Shown here one piece after another: positions 39,511 through 52,799 of a stretch of 64,000 nucleotides of DNA. Position 1 is the stretch's first letter. The number at the start of each line of letters is the position of its first letter. Location: contig OZ024743.1 of the NCBI GenBank assembly GCA_964016885.1, forward strand, positions 150,598,001-150,662,000, given 5' to 3'. The position numbers and the translations under genes were made by a program. Source of the DNA: Eledone cirrhosa. Its lineage: Eukaryota. A model generated the notes under the pieces. That model saw nothing but the letters and a program-made list of their open reading frames with translations, was not told the origin of the DNA and did not search any database.

Positions 39511-40679
39511 GGTTGTTATTTTGTTGACCTCCACCTTGCTCTCAAGAGAGGAAAAGCAAATTCAACCCTGGTAGAATTTCAATTCATAAAATAAAGAGAA
39601 GTGAGTGAATATTCTCTTTGCTTTCCCTCTCTTAGGGTGGTAGGATTCACTAAAAAGAAAGTGAAAGTTTTATGTCAGATTACTCACAAGTGCTACCGAT
39701 AATATGTAACCTAATACAATCTGTCACATGGATTGGTCATCAGTTACTAAACCAGCAACCCCATGAGCATTTTTAGACATCTGCAGGATGAAAAATAAAA
39801 CCTGCCAAAGGGTGGAGGGACTCAGGAGAGTCAACGGCCATCCAATACTGTGTAAAACCAAAAACAGATAGACAGAGCTTGTTAGGTTTCCATTAGCAGA
39901 CAGACTGTCTTGGAGAGAAATCACCCTGGCTTTAAAATCAGGGTAGTTAGTTACCTTGTTGACAGCCTTTCAAGTGCCAATGGTTTCATCCATGTGATGA
40001 AGGCAGATGAGCTGGAGCTCAGTTGCCAGCTTCCAAGTAATGGTTGGATGAAGATTTGGGACCCACCAATGTCACTTTTTCCAAATGAGAATCATGGACA
40101 TACAGCATCATATACATAAGCATTAGTGCAATTGTTCATGGTTCCCTCAGCAACAAAGACGGAAAGAAACTTAGACCAAATGAATATTACAAGGCATTTT
40201 TTACCATTGTACCAATTCTGCTATCCATTATAATAATAATGATAATGATGGATGATGAATGTGACAATGAATTTCCATATTGCAACAAAGCAATAAATTT
40301 GTTGGGAGGTGATATGGTGAATAGAATCAATCTTAGTATATTATTAGTACTTGATTTATGGATCTAAATGGTGTTGAAAGGGATATTTAACTCCAGAAGA
40401 ATTTTAACACAATGTAGAGACTAAATTTGTACATTCAACACCCTATAACCTCTGCCATTCCACAATTTTCTAAATATAAATTTTGGAAAAAGTGTAATTA
40501 ACTAAAAAAAAAAACATTAATACCTAACTGGTATAAAGTAGCCTCAATGTAGTCACTCAACTTGCTAGCAGTACCAATCAAATCTTTCTCAAATCACACC
40601 ATACTCTATTTAAAATAGCTAACATGGAATTTATCTTGCCCTCTTGTAGTTATCACAGTAGAATCATTAGGTTCTGGGA

Positions 40680-40890
40680 TTTCATTTAGGACACAAGGAC
40701 AACCGTTTTGGGGGAAGGGGAAAGTCGATTAAATAAACTCCAGTCCATTACTGGTACTTTATTTTATCAACACTGAAAGGATGAAAGGTGCAGCTAACCT
40801 TTAAAGATAAGATTTGAACTCAGAACATAAAGGGCTGTAACTCAATGTTACAGTATGTTGTCTGGTGTTCTAAAAAATTCTACCAACCCT
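40680..40890 (-). mobile_element. SINE family A, long variant (older copy)
   Basis: Matches the adjacent copy and 63313-63521. Confidence 0.8.
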
Positions 40891-40911
40891 AATAATAATA
40901 ATAATAATAAT

Positions 40912-41128
40912 GGTTTTTTATATAGGGACAAGGCCAGCAATTTGGGGGGGAAGGGAAAGTCGATTAAATTGACCCCTGTGCATCACTGGTACTTTATTTT
41001 ATTGACCCCGTAGGGATGAAAGGCTAAGTTAACCTCAGCAAGGTTTGAACTCAGATCATAAAGGGCCACAACTCTATGCTGCAAAGCATGGCATCTGACC
41101 CTGTACCAATACTGCCAATCCACCGCCC
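40912..41128 (-). mobile_element. SINE family A, long variant, with (ATT)n tail
   Basis: Full head gggcggtggattggcagtattggtacag, B box and body; tail at 40891-40911. Confidence 0.88.
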
Positions 41129-41160
41129 TCAAGAAGAAGAAGAAGAAGAAGAAGAAGAAG

Positions 41161-42023
41161 ACAATAGACCAGGGGATGTCTAAGGAGGAAGAGCAACCTT
41201 CATGAAAAATTCCTTCATAGCACCTTCTTTAAGAAAACGGAATTTAGAGATCCACAGACATGGAACTGGTTAAAAAGACGAGCTACAGAAGGAATGCTAA
41301 TGGCTGCGCAAGAGCAAGCCCTCAGAACAAAGTGGGTGAAACACCATATTAACAAGGAGGAGGCTAGCTCACTGTGTAGGATCTGTGGAGAGAGAGAGGA
41401 GACTGTGGCTCACGTTGTATCCGAGTGTAAACACCTAGCCCAGACTCACTATAAAGACTGGAGACATGATGTGATGGGCAGGGTGATCCACTGGCACCTA
41501 TGCAAAGTAAACAAGTTACCACATTCTGAGAAGTAGGATGAGCATAAGCCAGAGTCGGTGATAGAAAACGATCAGGTGAAGGTGCTGTGGGATTTTAGGA
41601 TACAGACGGACAAGAAACCGGAACACAATATACCTGACCTGGTGGTTTTGGACAAGGAAAAAAGATTGTGCCTGATTATAGATGTAGCCTGCCCATTTGA
41701 CACGAGAGTGCAAGAAAAGGAGAGGGAGAAAATTAACCGATACCAGGATTTAAAGTGGGAGTTAAAAAGGATTTGGAACTACCATTAAATCAAGGTCGTC
41801 CCAATTGTCATAGGTGCACTAAGTACTATCTCAAAGAGTTTCCAAGGATGGTTAAAGAAGATTAGTCCAGCCCGGCTTTTTGGAACACTTCAAAGGGCAT
41901 GCTTGCTGGGAACAGCAAGAACCCTCCGATGCGTCCTGAATATCTGAGGCTGCAGGTAGTGACTTGATATTCATTTCAACAAACCTTCCAGTTAAATAAC
42001 ATCAATGACTGAGACTCAAAGAC

Positions 42024-42056
<33 letters not shown>
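41161..42056 (+). mobile_element. 5'-truncated R4/Dong-type non-LTR retrotransposon (restriction-like endonuclease) with (TAA)n tail
   Basis: AAQEQAL; CRICGEREETVAHVVSEC (CCHC); RHD; LWDFRIQTD...PDLVV...IIDVACP...EKINRY (PD-D/ExK); VPIVIGAL; stop near 41947; short UTR, then (AAT)n. Internal stops present. Confidence 0.9.
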
Positions 42057-42057
<1 letters not shown>

Positions 42058-42301
42058 TTTTTTTTATTAACCACAAGGGTTTACATAAAGTAGACATTAA
42101 GGACAGTACAGGACAATACAGGACGGTACAAATGGACATTTCTGCGTGTAAAAAAACAAAAACAGAGGATGTAACAAAAAAATAAAATGAAAAATTCCCC
42201 AATAGGGGGAGACTTCCGAGGGACATTTGTGGAGAAAGCCCATTAAAAGGCCACAGTGACCCTGACCACCAGGGCAAGTGCCCTCTCCCAGTTTTCCACC
42301 T

Positions 42302-44872
42302 TTACAGGCACATACTCAGAGTAGGCCCATTCACTCGGGCCATACTTGCTTCTCTCACCCATCTTTCAACAAAATGCTGGGAAGAGAGCACTTCCCTCTC
42401 TATCCTGATTTTGCTTTTCAAATGAAATTCGACAGTCAGGCGGCAGTAGATGACGGACGCGATGTACGCATTAGCCACCTCCGCTCGACCTTCAAGGGAT
42501 AGCTTCCTCTCCACCCATTTCTGGGTGAGAGAAGCCACCCTGCTCGTCACCTCGTCCCAGTTTTTGTCCGTCTGGAGGTCCAGGCCGAACCAGACCCCTA
42601 GCAATTTAACTGGTCCGTCCGTCCAGCGCCTGACGACGCTGCTGGACGGCATGGACCTACCTCTCCAGGTGCCGAGCTTCAGGCCCACCGACTTTTCCTG
42701 GTTGATCATTGTTCCTGTCACCATTTCGTATTCTCTTAGTGTAGTGCCAATCGCCTCGATGTGTTTGGCATTCGACACCACTACTGTGACATCGTCTGCA
42801 TATGCTGACACGGATCTTCCGCATCCTAGTTCGCAGCGGAACCCCCCCGACCCCTCAAAGTCTCCAGTTTGTGCAGTAATGGCTCGAGAGTCAATACGTA
42901 CAAGAGAGATGAGAGGGGACATCCTTGGAGGACCGAGCGCATGATGTTGAACGGTTCCAAAAGGTAACCATTCACTCTCACCACAGAGCAGATGTCGCTG
43001 TGCATGGCAGCGATCCAGCCGCTGAAGACGGGCCCAAAGCCAGATGCCCTCAGGACTGCCGCCAGATAACGATGGTCGACCCTATCGAAAGCTTTCGACT
43101 GATCTAAATTGATCAAGGACCCACCCGTGCCAGGTTCCTTAGCTACCCTCTCCACGATGTCTCGCATGAGGTGGAGGTTGTCGTGGATGGATCTGTTGGG
43201 AATGGCGCATGTCTGCGCCTCTCCCACGAGACCCCCAACGACAAGCACCACCCTCTTTGCTAGCACCTTGGCCAAAATCTTGAACTCTGTGTTTAGCAGA
43301 GTTATGGGCCTGAAATTATCTATGTTATCCCCCTTGTTCGGATCCTTTCTCAGCAGCACCACCTTTCCTCGGCTCACAGAGCTGGGAATTCTCCCGTTCT
43401 GTTGCCAGTTGCAGGAGACGTCCGCTAGAGGCCTACGAACAAGTCTGGCATCTGTACGTAAAGTTCATAGGGTAGACCATCCAAACCAGGCGATTTACCC
43501 CTTATGCAGCCAGTCATTGCCTCCCATACTTCAGCGGCTGTTATCGGCTTTTCGCAACATTCCGGACCGAACAGTGGCCGAGAGCCGCGGAAGTCCGTCG
43601 AGGTAGACACTAAAGTCCATCCCTCGATCCGGCCCGCCGCTGCCCCCAAACAGCTGAGCGAATTGTCGCTGAAAACCTTCACACATTTATCCGGGATCGA
43701 GTAGTATGCGTCCGTCGTGGTCCACCAAAGACCGGATCGTGGCTTTTTTGCCACGACGCGCCTCCGCCACTCGGGCCCATCGAACGGCTTTCGTCCCTTC
43801 GTGTCTGAGAGCATGCACCCTAGCTCTGACAACGCAGCCTTCGTGCTTTGCATTGAAGAATTGGTCAAGGGCCAATTCCGCCGCAAGTACGTCGGTCGCA
43901 ATGCCTTTGCAAAGCGCCTCGTCTAATTTTCTAACTAGTTCTCCCTCTGCACTATTTTTCTCTATTGCTAAAGCCTTACTAAACCTAATGGACTCTCTTC
44001 TAATCGCTCTTTTCAGAGCAAACTAACACTTGTTGTTAACGATGGCCCCCGTCAACGCCCGCTTAACTAGTTCACTAATCCGGTCTCTGTATGCCTTGCG
44101 CGCTGATAAGGACGCGTTTAGCTTCCAGTAGCCGGGTCCTTGTCTATGAAGCCTATCTAAGTCAACAACACAGATCACGAATTTGTGGCGCGTGTAGCTG
44201 ACTATCTTGAATTGTGGACAGCCTATGCTAGACCTATATATTTCCCTACAAAATACTCTATCTAGATATGATCTGGATGACCCGATGCGGTTTGTCCAAG
44301 TCCACATTGGCACATTCTGGAAATCCAATCGGTACCTGTCAGACACTTCAAAACGCCTGAGCAGGTTGGTGAGGCTCTTGCACACTCCTCCCCTATCCGC
44401 TAATCCCACACAGTCCCAGCGTGCATCTAAGATCCCGTTCCAGTCTCCCACTAACACTAAAACGTTCCAAGAAAGGTCTCCAGACGCCGGAAGAAATCAG
44501 GCCGCCCTGCTCCTGTCGGGCATAGACGGCCACTAGCCTGAAAGCTTGCCAGTCTCCGCTGGTCACGTCCAGCACCACCAACTTACCTTCTGGGTCCAGG
44601 ACGATCGCCCGTATGGCGAGAACCAAACCTCTCCGAAAAAGCACAGCACACCCCCCCCCCCCCCCCCCGCGCCTCCATCCAGAACAGCTTGGAGATGCGT
44701 ACACATCGTAGCCGCCGAAGATCGGTGCGAAGGCCCGTGCTTCAGAGATTCTGGTCTCGCTGATGGCCACTACATCTATGTTTAGTAACCTAAGGTCGTT
44801 GTTCAGGTGGCCCTGCTTTCATGACGACCCCAAGCCACGTGCATTTATGCTGCCTATTCTGAGTGAGGTCAT
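42302..44872 (-). pseudogene. Tx1 ORF2 (APE + RT), frameshifted, with a C-terminal internal deletion
   Basis: MTSLRIGSINARGL, AISET, GDWN, YLDR, GPGYWKLN, KSPGLDGLPYE, NFRPITLLNTEFKILAKVLA, LDQSKAFDRV, QGCPLS, AYADDV. Jumps near 42430 from NAYIASVIYCRL straight to the terminal KIRIERE...FVERW segment. Confidence 0.92.
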
Positions 44873-44904
44873 GTTGAAAAGGAGTGGAAAAGATGGGAAA
44901 GACC

Positions 44905-46717
44905 ACTTACCTTACTTCTCATAGAGGAAGGATGGTTTGTCCATCCTTTTCACTGCTTGTGGCCTTCTGTTTTAGTGTCATGTACGTTTTCTTTGATGCG
45001 AATGATTTGTATGTGTGGAAGTGGTGTGAATTTCTGGGGTGTTGTGTAGTATTTTTCTGTGATGCTGGTGTTGTGTTGGATTTAGTGTAATAATTGGTTG
45101 TTCAAATTTAATGCTGTGTAGTGTGTATCATTTTGGTTGTTTTGTTTTGTTTGTGTTTGTTGTGAGTTTGTTTCTGTTTCGCATTTTGGTGACTTTTGTG
45201 GTGTTGGTGATGGTGGTGTTGGAGTTGCTGATGCTGGTGTGGATGGTGGCATAGCTGTCCTAACTTTTTTTGTTTGTTGGTTTATTTGTTTCCCCCTGTA
45301 TTTTGTTTTTGGAGGGGGAAGGAAGAGGATTTTTTTTCTTTTTTCCTGATACCGTTTCCCACTCCTCGTCGTCACAATCTATCTCCAGTTGCAATAGGTC
45401 GGGGAGTGGAAAATCCTCCACAGGCGTTGGTTTTGGTTGTGGCGTGGTGGATGGTGGAGGCGCTGGTGCTAGTTCTGGCGCGGTGGGTGGTGGTGGCGGT
45501 GTTGGTTTTGCTACTGTTCCTGGGGTTGTTGCTGCTACAGTTGCTTCTGTTGTTGCTGCCATTTCTGCTGCTGGTGGTGTTGATGGTTGAGTCACTGGGG
45601 TGGGTAAGAGAGGTGGCCTCAACTTTTTAGCCTGAGGGCATAAAGCCTTTAGGTGGGTTCCTTCACCACAAACGACACACCTAGGCCTTCTACCCTCAAC
45701 GATTACGGTGAGGTGGCTGCCGTCAGTGAGGTCTATCATCTCTTGGATTTCCTCAATGCTTTTTTGGTCCGCTTGGATCAGGAGCTCCATCCCAGATCCG
45801 GACCAGTTCTCCTGCTTTTCTTTGTTATTTCAATTATTTTCGTGTTGGCCTCAGTGCCAGCGAGGACGGCAGCCATTAGCCAGGGAATTTCGATGGCCGG
45901 TGGAACATAGGTCACCCTGATCTTCACGAGTCTCTGGCCACAATAGCTTGGGACGAGTGTGAAGTCGTCGCTTCTTAATGGGGCCATGGAGTGCTCTCTG
46001 GATTCATGTGGTGTTCCAAAGAACACGTCCATGGTTCCATATTTCTGCCCACGTCTGATGTGGCTTTTTTCGCCCACACATGTCCCAAAGCATTTTGTAT
46101 TTGGGACTCGGATGCCCATTCCACTCGGCGTGATTTTGTGTTTATCGTCCGATAAGACACGGTGCATAGGCGCCGATGCTCCATTTTATTAGGTGTGAGG
46201 GGGAGAGGCTGACCATGTACCCATCTTTTTTTACCATTCTCTTGGCTTCATTTAATTCATCCTGGCTTACCTGGATTGTTTCGCTTTTCTTGGCTGCTTT
46301 GGCAAACGACACATTTGCGCTGGTGTTGATGTTTTTGTTGTTATTCTCATTGTTGTTGTTGCTGTTGTTGTTATTGTTATTTTTGTTATTGTTATTTTTA
46401 GTTTCAGTTGTGTTGGTGGTGACGTCAGTGGTGTTCGGTGTGGAAGAGTCGATTCCGGGTGAATCCATTTCGATGTCACGAGATAATTTTTTTTTTGTTT
46501 CTGTTGTCGCTGTGGTGGTGGTGAGGGGGGGGGCCTTAACACCTGTAATTATTGGTAATGGCGGGAAATGAATTTCTGCATGAGACAAATTTAAATTGTT
46601 GCTACTGCTTATATTTTTAGTGTTGGCAAACGTAGTAATATTTACAATGGTGGTGTTGGTGTGAGGTGTTAGTTTGTGAGGAAGGCTGTCAGCTTCGTGT
46701 GGCCGTGAGTCATCCAT
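44905..46717 (-). pseudogene. Tx1 ORF1 (Asn/Thr-rich N-terminus, zinc knuckle, Pro-rich region), frameshifted
   Basis: VSFAKAAK; KIRVTYVPPAI; VIVEGRRPRCVVCGEGTHLKALC (CX2CX4HX4C); EEWETVSGKKKK. The 3' boundary is approximate. Confidence 0.8.
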
Positions 46718-46933
46718 GTTTTTTCAAAGAAAGTTTTTGTTTGATAATTATAAAAGTTTAAATTTTGGGCTCAAGGTCCCAATCTTTTTGAGTGTCCTTT
46801 TCAGAAAGCAATATATGTGAACTTATAAACACTTAACAACAAAAAATTACCATAACTGGCAATTTGAAACAACTGAAAACAACAAACCTTTGCGGAGCTC
46901 GCGATAATACGATTTCCTACGTAGGTGCCCCAA

Positions 46934-47017
<84 letters not shown>
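46934..47017. repeat. (TAA)n microsatellite
   Basis: Seen directly. Confidence 0.97.
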
Positions 47018-47018
<1 letters not shown>

Positions 47019-47125
47019 GAAACCCTCCGATACGTCCTGAATGTCTGAGGCTGCAGGTAGTGGCTTGATATTCATTCCAACAAACTTTCCAGTTAAATAA
47101 CATCATTGACTGAGACTCAAAGAAC

Positions 47126-47163
<38 letters not shown>

Positions 47164-47177
47164 CAATAATAATAATA
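47018..47177 (+). mobile_element. very short 5'-truncated second copy of the R4/Dong-type element with (TAA)n tail
   Basis: About 102 bp matching 41921-42022 with about 6 substitutions. Confidence 0.88.
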
Positions 47178-47730
47178 TCACCCAGATAAAGTAACAGGAA
47201 GGGAAAATGTGACAATCCTATGATATTCTCCTGTGAACACTGACAGAATAATCAAGGCCAATGGACCCAATATAATTGTGAAGGACTTTAAAAAGAAAAC
47301 ATGCCACTTTATTGACATCAGATTGTAACATCTGAAAATAATTCTGAAAGTTCAGTAAAGATCTGATAATTGAAATTGAAGAAATGTGGCATTTTAAGGA
47401 CTGTACAATACCAGTGATAGTTGGTGCACTTGGAATGATAAAAAAAGGAAACAGAAAAGTATTTTGACCAGATATCTGGAAAGTCATTTCTGCAAGAGTT
47501 ACAGAAAATAGTGCTGACTGTCACTGACCATATCCTAAGAAGATCAATTTAAATACATTGCAAAAACTTTTACTATTTTGTTTATGCTCTTATGGTATTA
47601 TTTGTATGCCAATTGATTGTTAAATATGTGTATTACCAAATTTTGTCTCAGGTATCAGGTTGACACTCAGCAAGATATCGGAAAGGAGCAGAATTCAAAG
47701 GAAGTTTCACATGATAATAACAACAACAAC
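47178..47730 (+). mobile_element. older, different R4/Dong-type RLE 3' fragment
   Basis: TDRIIKANGPNIIVKDFKKKTCHFID...EIEEMWH...IPVIVGALGMIKKG...LQELQKIVL. Confidence 0.75.
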
Positions 47731-48534
47731 ACTACCAATGATGGTGATGATGATGTTTAAGATGATGATTCAAAATAAACAATGTCATTAAATTATTCCT
47801 TTTGCTAAGATAGAAGATTAAATCTATAATTTTCAATACTAAAATAAATTCCTGAAATATAATAAAGAAACATATTTAGTTTCACTATTATGATAATTAT
47901 ATTAAAAAGCTCATAAAATCTCCTCAATAATTATTAATTGAAGTAAATAAGTTCACAAATTCTCCAAGGAAATTCTTATGGCAAAGTTGTTTATGATATG
48001 AAATAATCATGGTTAAAATAATTTTGAAACTTAAAGGTTAATCACAAAACCAGAATTCTTTCATCACCCTGCAAAAAACAAAAAAAAAATGTTTAATAAT
48101 GTCATTTCAGACAGCTATTAATTAAAATTTAGTTGCATCAGAATTACTATTTCATTAGGGAAACCCTTTTGGAACAATTCAGTTTACACAATTATAGCAT
48201 TCAATTTTTATTCTAAGCATATATCTATATATATATACTCACACACACAAAAATATATGTATACATATATACATAGATACATATATATATGTGTGTGTGC
48301 GTGTGTGTGTGTGTATATAATAAAATGTTGTAATTTGCTTGAAGCATTGTATATAATATATGTGGAAAGTGATATAAGGCTAAACAATGCAAAATGGACT
48401 GTAAGATGAAAGTAACAAAAAATTAAGTTACCTGGAAATCTTTGTTTTATTTTTTTTGTTGCTGTTGTTTCTTTTGTCCTAATATTTCAGGACTTAAAAT
48501 TCTCTACTTCAGAGTATAAATAATACACACATAT

Positions 48535-49365
48535 ATCATCATCATCATCATCACTGTTTTACATCCATTCTTCCATGCTAGCATGGGTTAGACGGGTTGT
48601 GCCAGGTCAGGTGACCATGTCTTGCTCCTACAGAACTGATTTTGGCTTGATTTCTACAGCTGGATGCCCTTCCTAAAACCAACCTCATTTACAGTGAGTG
48701 CTGGGTACTTTTTTTTCCGTGGCACCTACACGACCACTTTTCAGTGTGGGCAGGGTGCTTTTTTGTCGTGACACCTACACAACCACTTTACAATGGGAGG
48801 GGGGGGGGCATACTGTCTATATACTTCAGCTTCGGCTTATACCCATGGGAAATCAGGTCTTCTGTATTATTGTGTGATGCCAGAGATCACTGTCCTCTGT
48901 CATCAACTTTGAGAGGTGCAATTGTGTAAGGTCGGCTTTTATTAACTCATCCCAGGTCTTCTTGGGTCTCCAAGGCTTCCATCGACTTGCTCTGCACCTT
49001 TTTATGCAGCTGTCATCCTTCATACGAATCACATGTCCATACCAATGCAGCCTCCTCTCCTGCACACATCATACAGTCTGCCTTTCATTTTGAGGGAAAA
49101 GCCTTTTGCAGCTAGCAGTGGCAGTAGCTCCCTGAACTTCTTCTATCCCGTTCTTACTCTGATTACTGTACTTTCAGAACACCCACCTCCACTGCTAATT
49201 CAGTCACCTAGGTAGCAAAAGTTGTCTACTGTTTCTACAGAGCCCTCCCAGAGTTTGGTGGTGCTTGTTTCCTGTGGCCGTTTGCTGCTTGCTGTCCCAG
49301 TGCAGCTGCTACATGTAAAGCCTGCATTCTTAACTAAGCTTCCTGAGATCCCACTACATCTCTTA
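48535..49365 (-). mobile_element. RTE-clade LINE 3' fragment with tail
   Basis: QERRLHWYGHVIRMKDDSCIKRC...RPKKTWDELIKADL; (CAT)n at 48535-48552. Confidence 0.85.
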
Positions 49366-49749
49366 TACATATAAATATATGAGAGATTTCTTTAAACAAG
49401 CGTTTAACAGACTAAATTAAATTGAAAAGATATTAAGTTTTAGAGTGATAAATTATAAATTTATAAAGATAGTGTAAATGGAATGCCATAGGTAAAGTTA
49501 ATTTAGGTACATACATTAAAATAAACATATATATTATGTGTCCTTTCCCTGGTCATGAAAATGTGTACTTAAAATTATAGCTCATGAACCTATGCAGTAC
49601 AATTTTCTAAGTGAGATATTTAATCAGACAGTGTATATCCAGTTTAGAATATGTACACCATATCCCTGCATGTCACAACAACAAGTCCACACTTTAACAT
49701 TGTCCTGTTGGTATCACAACAAAAAGCACCAATTTAGTAGTGCTACTAC

Positions 49750-50780
49750 TAAATGTCAGAGGCTTGGTAAAACTGACCAACATGTGTAAGATCACCTACC
49801 TAAGCCACAAGCAATCAAGCAATATGCATGTTACTAACTGAAACTCACCTGACAGCTAGCATAGCAGATGCAGAAATACATATACCAAAGTATGTTGTAT
49901 TTCACACTGACAGGATGGAGAGAACAACATGGCAGAGTTGTTTTGTACATCCATGAAGATATCACACCATTGTCACATTCCAACCTTCTCAGTGACATGC
50001 TAATAGTACATGTAAAGCAACTCAAAATGGTAATCTGTGTCATATATCAATCACAAGATGCCCCAAGACATGAGGAAAAAGTTGAAGCCACCATCAAAAA
50101 TGCTGGTCAACATCCTGCTGCCGTGAGATTTTAACCTCCTCATGGTCAACTGACCCAAAGGTCAGCTCCTCTCAGGAATGATGTCACTTGAACAAAGGCA
50201 GACAGAATCCATGCTTGATCTTACAGACTCTTCATGGTACAAATGGTACTTCATCCAACAAGAGGTGAGAATACCCTGGACCCCTGCTTCACATGGAGCT
50301 CATCCACGATGTAGAAGTGACACAAACAATAGCTAACTGTAAAAAGATTTAGGAGGAGCACCTGAAGCAAAACTGGACCAACATTCTTTCTATGGAAGAT
50401 GTCAACATACAACTTGAGCAATTCATGGAAATAATACAAGGCATATGCCCCGGAAAGAAAGGCCAATAAACACAAAAATATTATTCCCAGAGACAGGAGA
50501 ATCCTTATAAGAAGAACGAATATCTTAAACCAGATACATATACAAGTAAGGTACTAGAAGGAATCCCATTTGAAGCAGACACTGTTTGAAATTGAAAGTG
50601 AATTCAAACTCTCCCATGAAAGGGCAGAAAGAGAAGCCAGGGTTATAAAAAACAATGAACCCTAAAGCCTTCTTTAAATTTGCAGGAGACCATTTTGGTA
50701 CACTATTGGATAGGGCCACTTTTCCATAAATGTGGCTCACTAACCACAGACCCCCCAAGGAATAAGTGAGAACTGTTTGG
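49750..50780 (+). mobile_element. degenerate CR1-like LINE fragment (APE and linker)
   Basis: TETHLTASIADAEIHIPKY...VVLYIHE; PTRGENTLD; PKAFFKFA. Confidence 0.65.
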
Positions 50781-50849
50781 TTTGGTTTTCACTTCAGTTT
50801 CAGCATATATTTTCTTTTTATATTTTTATAAATAATTTAGCTGGCAATC

Positions 50850-52295
50850 AATGTATATGATTGACCAACAGTTAAAAATATAAATATAAATATAATTTCT
50901 CAAAGTTCTCTCGTCACACATTTTCCTGTGACATCTTCATTGATTATCACTGTTTCCTCCCATTGTGTTTCTATAATGATTTTTTGTTGTCTCTGTTTGC
51001 ACATGCGTTTGTGTGCATGTATTCTATTTGGTGTGTTCCAGTCTGAGTCTGCGTATGTTTATGTGTTTATATTCTATCTTTGGTCAGTAGTGTGTGATTG
51101 TGTGTAGGTGTTGTTATTGCATTGCATCTGTGTATATTTATATGTATGGTTGTTGCTATTCCACTCATGCTTTCTGGTCACCCTAGGTTTTTTAATTCTA
51201 TTTCTGTAGCCTCCCTAATTTGTGTAGTGTTGTGTCATTCCTATGTTTAAATATTATTTTAACTTCTAAGTTGTCTATTTTACTATCTAGTTCTGAACTT
51301 TATTTTTGTCCTTTAAGTTCACTTCAGTCTTCATCTATTCTCTCTCCTATGCTACTGACTGTCTCTCCTATGAATGTCATTGTCATATTTCTGCAGGGAC
51401 CCCCTGTATATCTTATGCTACAGGCTATGTTTCTAGTTTTACAATTTATTTGTGGACTTACTCTACATACTACACATTTCGTATTTGTACAGTGGAGTTT
51501 TTTAAAGGGGTAAACTTTATTGATCAGAGATTTTATAGTAGTTCCTGGTTTTTCTACCACTTTAGGTTATCCTTCGGGTTTTTCTAAACTGGCTAGCTAG
51601 TTCACCTCCAGGTGTTGCATCTACAAACATGACAGTCTAGTATCTTTGGTTGTCATACCATAAGTTGGCTTTCTCTATCTTTTTCCTAGTCCTATCTATG
51701 CTATTCCATGATTTGCTCCTGTACAGTGGGAAATTCCCTGTCATGTCCATCTCTATGAGAGTCATGTATTTTGCCATGACCCCTTTGTACACGCCGATCC
51801 TGTCTCTTTGGTTGTAGCCAGAGAACTGCATGTGATGGATGAAATGTTGTACGTGTCTTTCTAGTTCAATTGGATCACACATGCAGGACACATTTTTTAT
51901 CATTCTTACTAAGTGCATGATCAGGATATTAAACTTAGTTCTATTGAACATTGATGAGTTTTTGTGTATTAGATATCTGAAGGTCATGCGTTTAGCATAA
52001 TGTGAGTGGAGGATTTTGGCTTTCTCGTTTATAGTATGTAACCAGAGTTGAGTGTCTAATACTGGCAGTCTATTTTTAGGGTTTGGGTAGAAAAGTCTAT
52101 AGTTACTTTGATGCTCTGGTGTATGGAATTAGCTATTTGCTGGATGCTCTCTAATTCGGTTTCATAGGTACTCTCTTGTGGGAGTGTTATTATTACTATA
52201 TTAATGTCATCTACATAATGAAAGTACATGATGAGAGCTATGGAGTTCTCTGCTAGGCGTTCTTTGAGTCTCCTTTCCAACCATACCATATGCCT
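50850..52295 (-). mobile_element. 5'-truncated Penelope-like element related to 6093-9694
   Basis: YFHYVDDINIVI, ESIQQIANSIHQSIKVTID, MQFSGYNQRDRI and CVVC...CKTRNIACSI...FIGETVSSIGERI are collinear with the first copy. Degenerate hammerhead at 50899-50944. Confidence 0.9.
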
Positions 52296-52411
52296 TGAAA
52301 TAATTAATGTTGTTTCTTGAATTTCAGAAACTGTATGAGCAAACTGACTTATTTTAGTCGGTTTTGTTTATATCCCACAAATAGAGAGTTTGGCTTAAGT
52401 TTAAAATATTT

Positions 52412-52600
52412 TGTATATATATACACACACACACACACATGCACATATATATATATATATACACACATATATATACATACACACACACATATATATATAC
52501 ACACACACATATCTATATATACACATATATATATACACACATATACATATATACATATATATATACACGCACACACATATGTATACATACACACATATAC

Positions 52601-52635
<35 letters not shown>

Positions 52636-52661
52636 TATATATATACACACACACATATACA

Positions 52662-52733
<72 letters not shown>

Positions 52734-52742
52734 CACATATAA

Positions 52743-52785
<43 letters not shown>

Positions 52786-52799
52786 TACATATATATATA
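52412..52799. repeat. (TA)n/(CA)n microsatellite
   Basis: Seen directly. Confidence 0.97.

Larger units (their letters stand above)
42057..46933 (-). mobile_element. Tx1-type (L1 group) non-LTR retrotransposon, both ends present, inserted in (TAA)n
   Basis: ORF1 with CCHC, ORF2 with APE+RT, AATAAA/poly(A) end at about 42058-42070, (AAT)n on both flanks. Confidence 0.9.

Noticed and set aside
39740-40160. GC-richer block as a host exon
   Set aside because: No convincing ORF with splice sites; more like a decayed retroelement UTR, but not assignable from sequence alone.
42278-46571. Plus-strand ORFs over Tx1 (and 55439-59547 over the LTR element; minus-strand ORFs over the PLE)
   Set aside because: Antisense shadows of GC-rich or low-complexity TE coding sequence with no recognisable motifs.
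41921-47125. Direct repeat of about 100 bp around the Tx1 element as LTRs or a giant TSD
   Set aside because: The copies differ at about 6 sites, the right one is separated from Tx1 by about 84 bp of (TAA)n, and the sequence is the 3' end of the RLE LINE. These are independent insertions.
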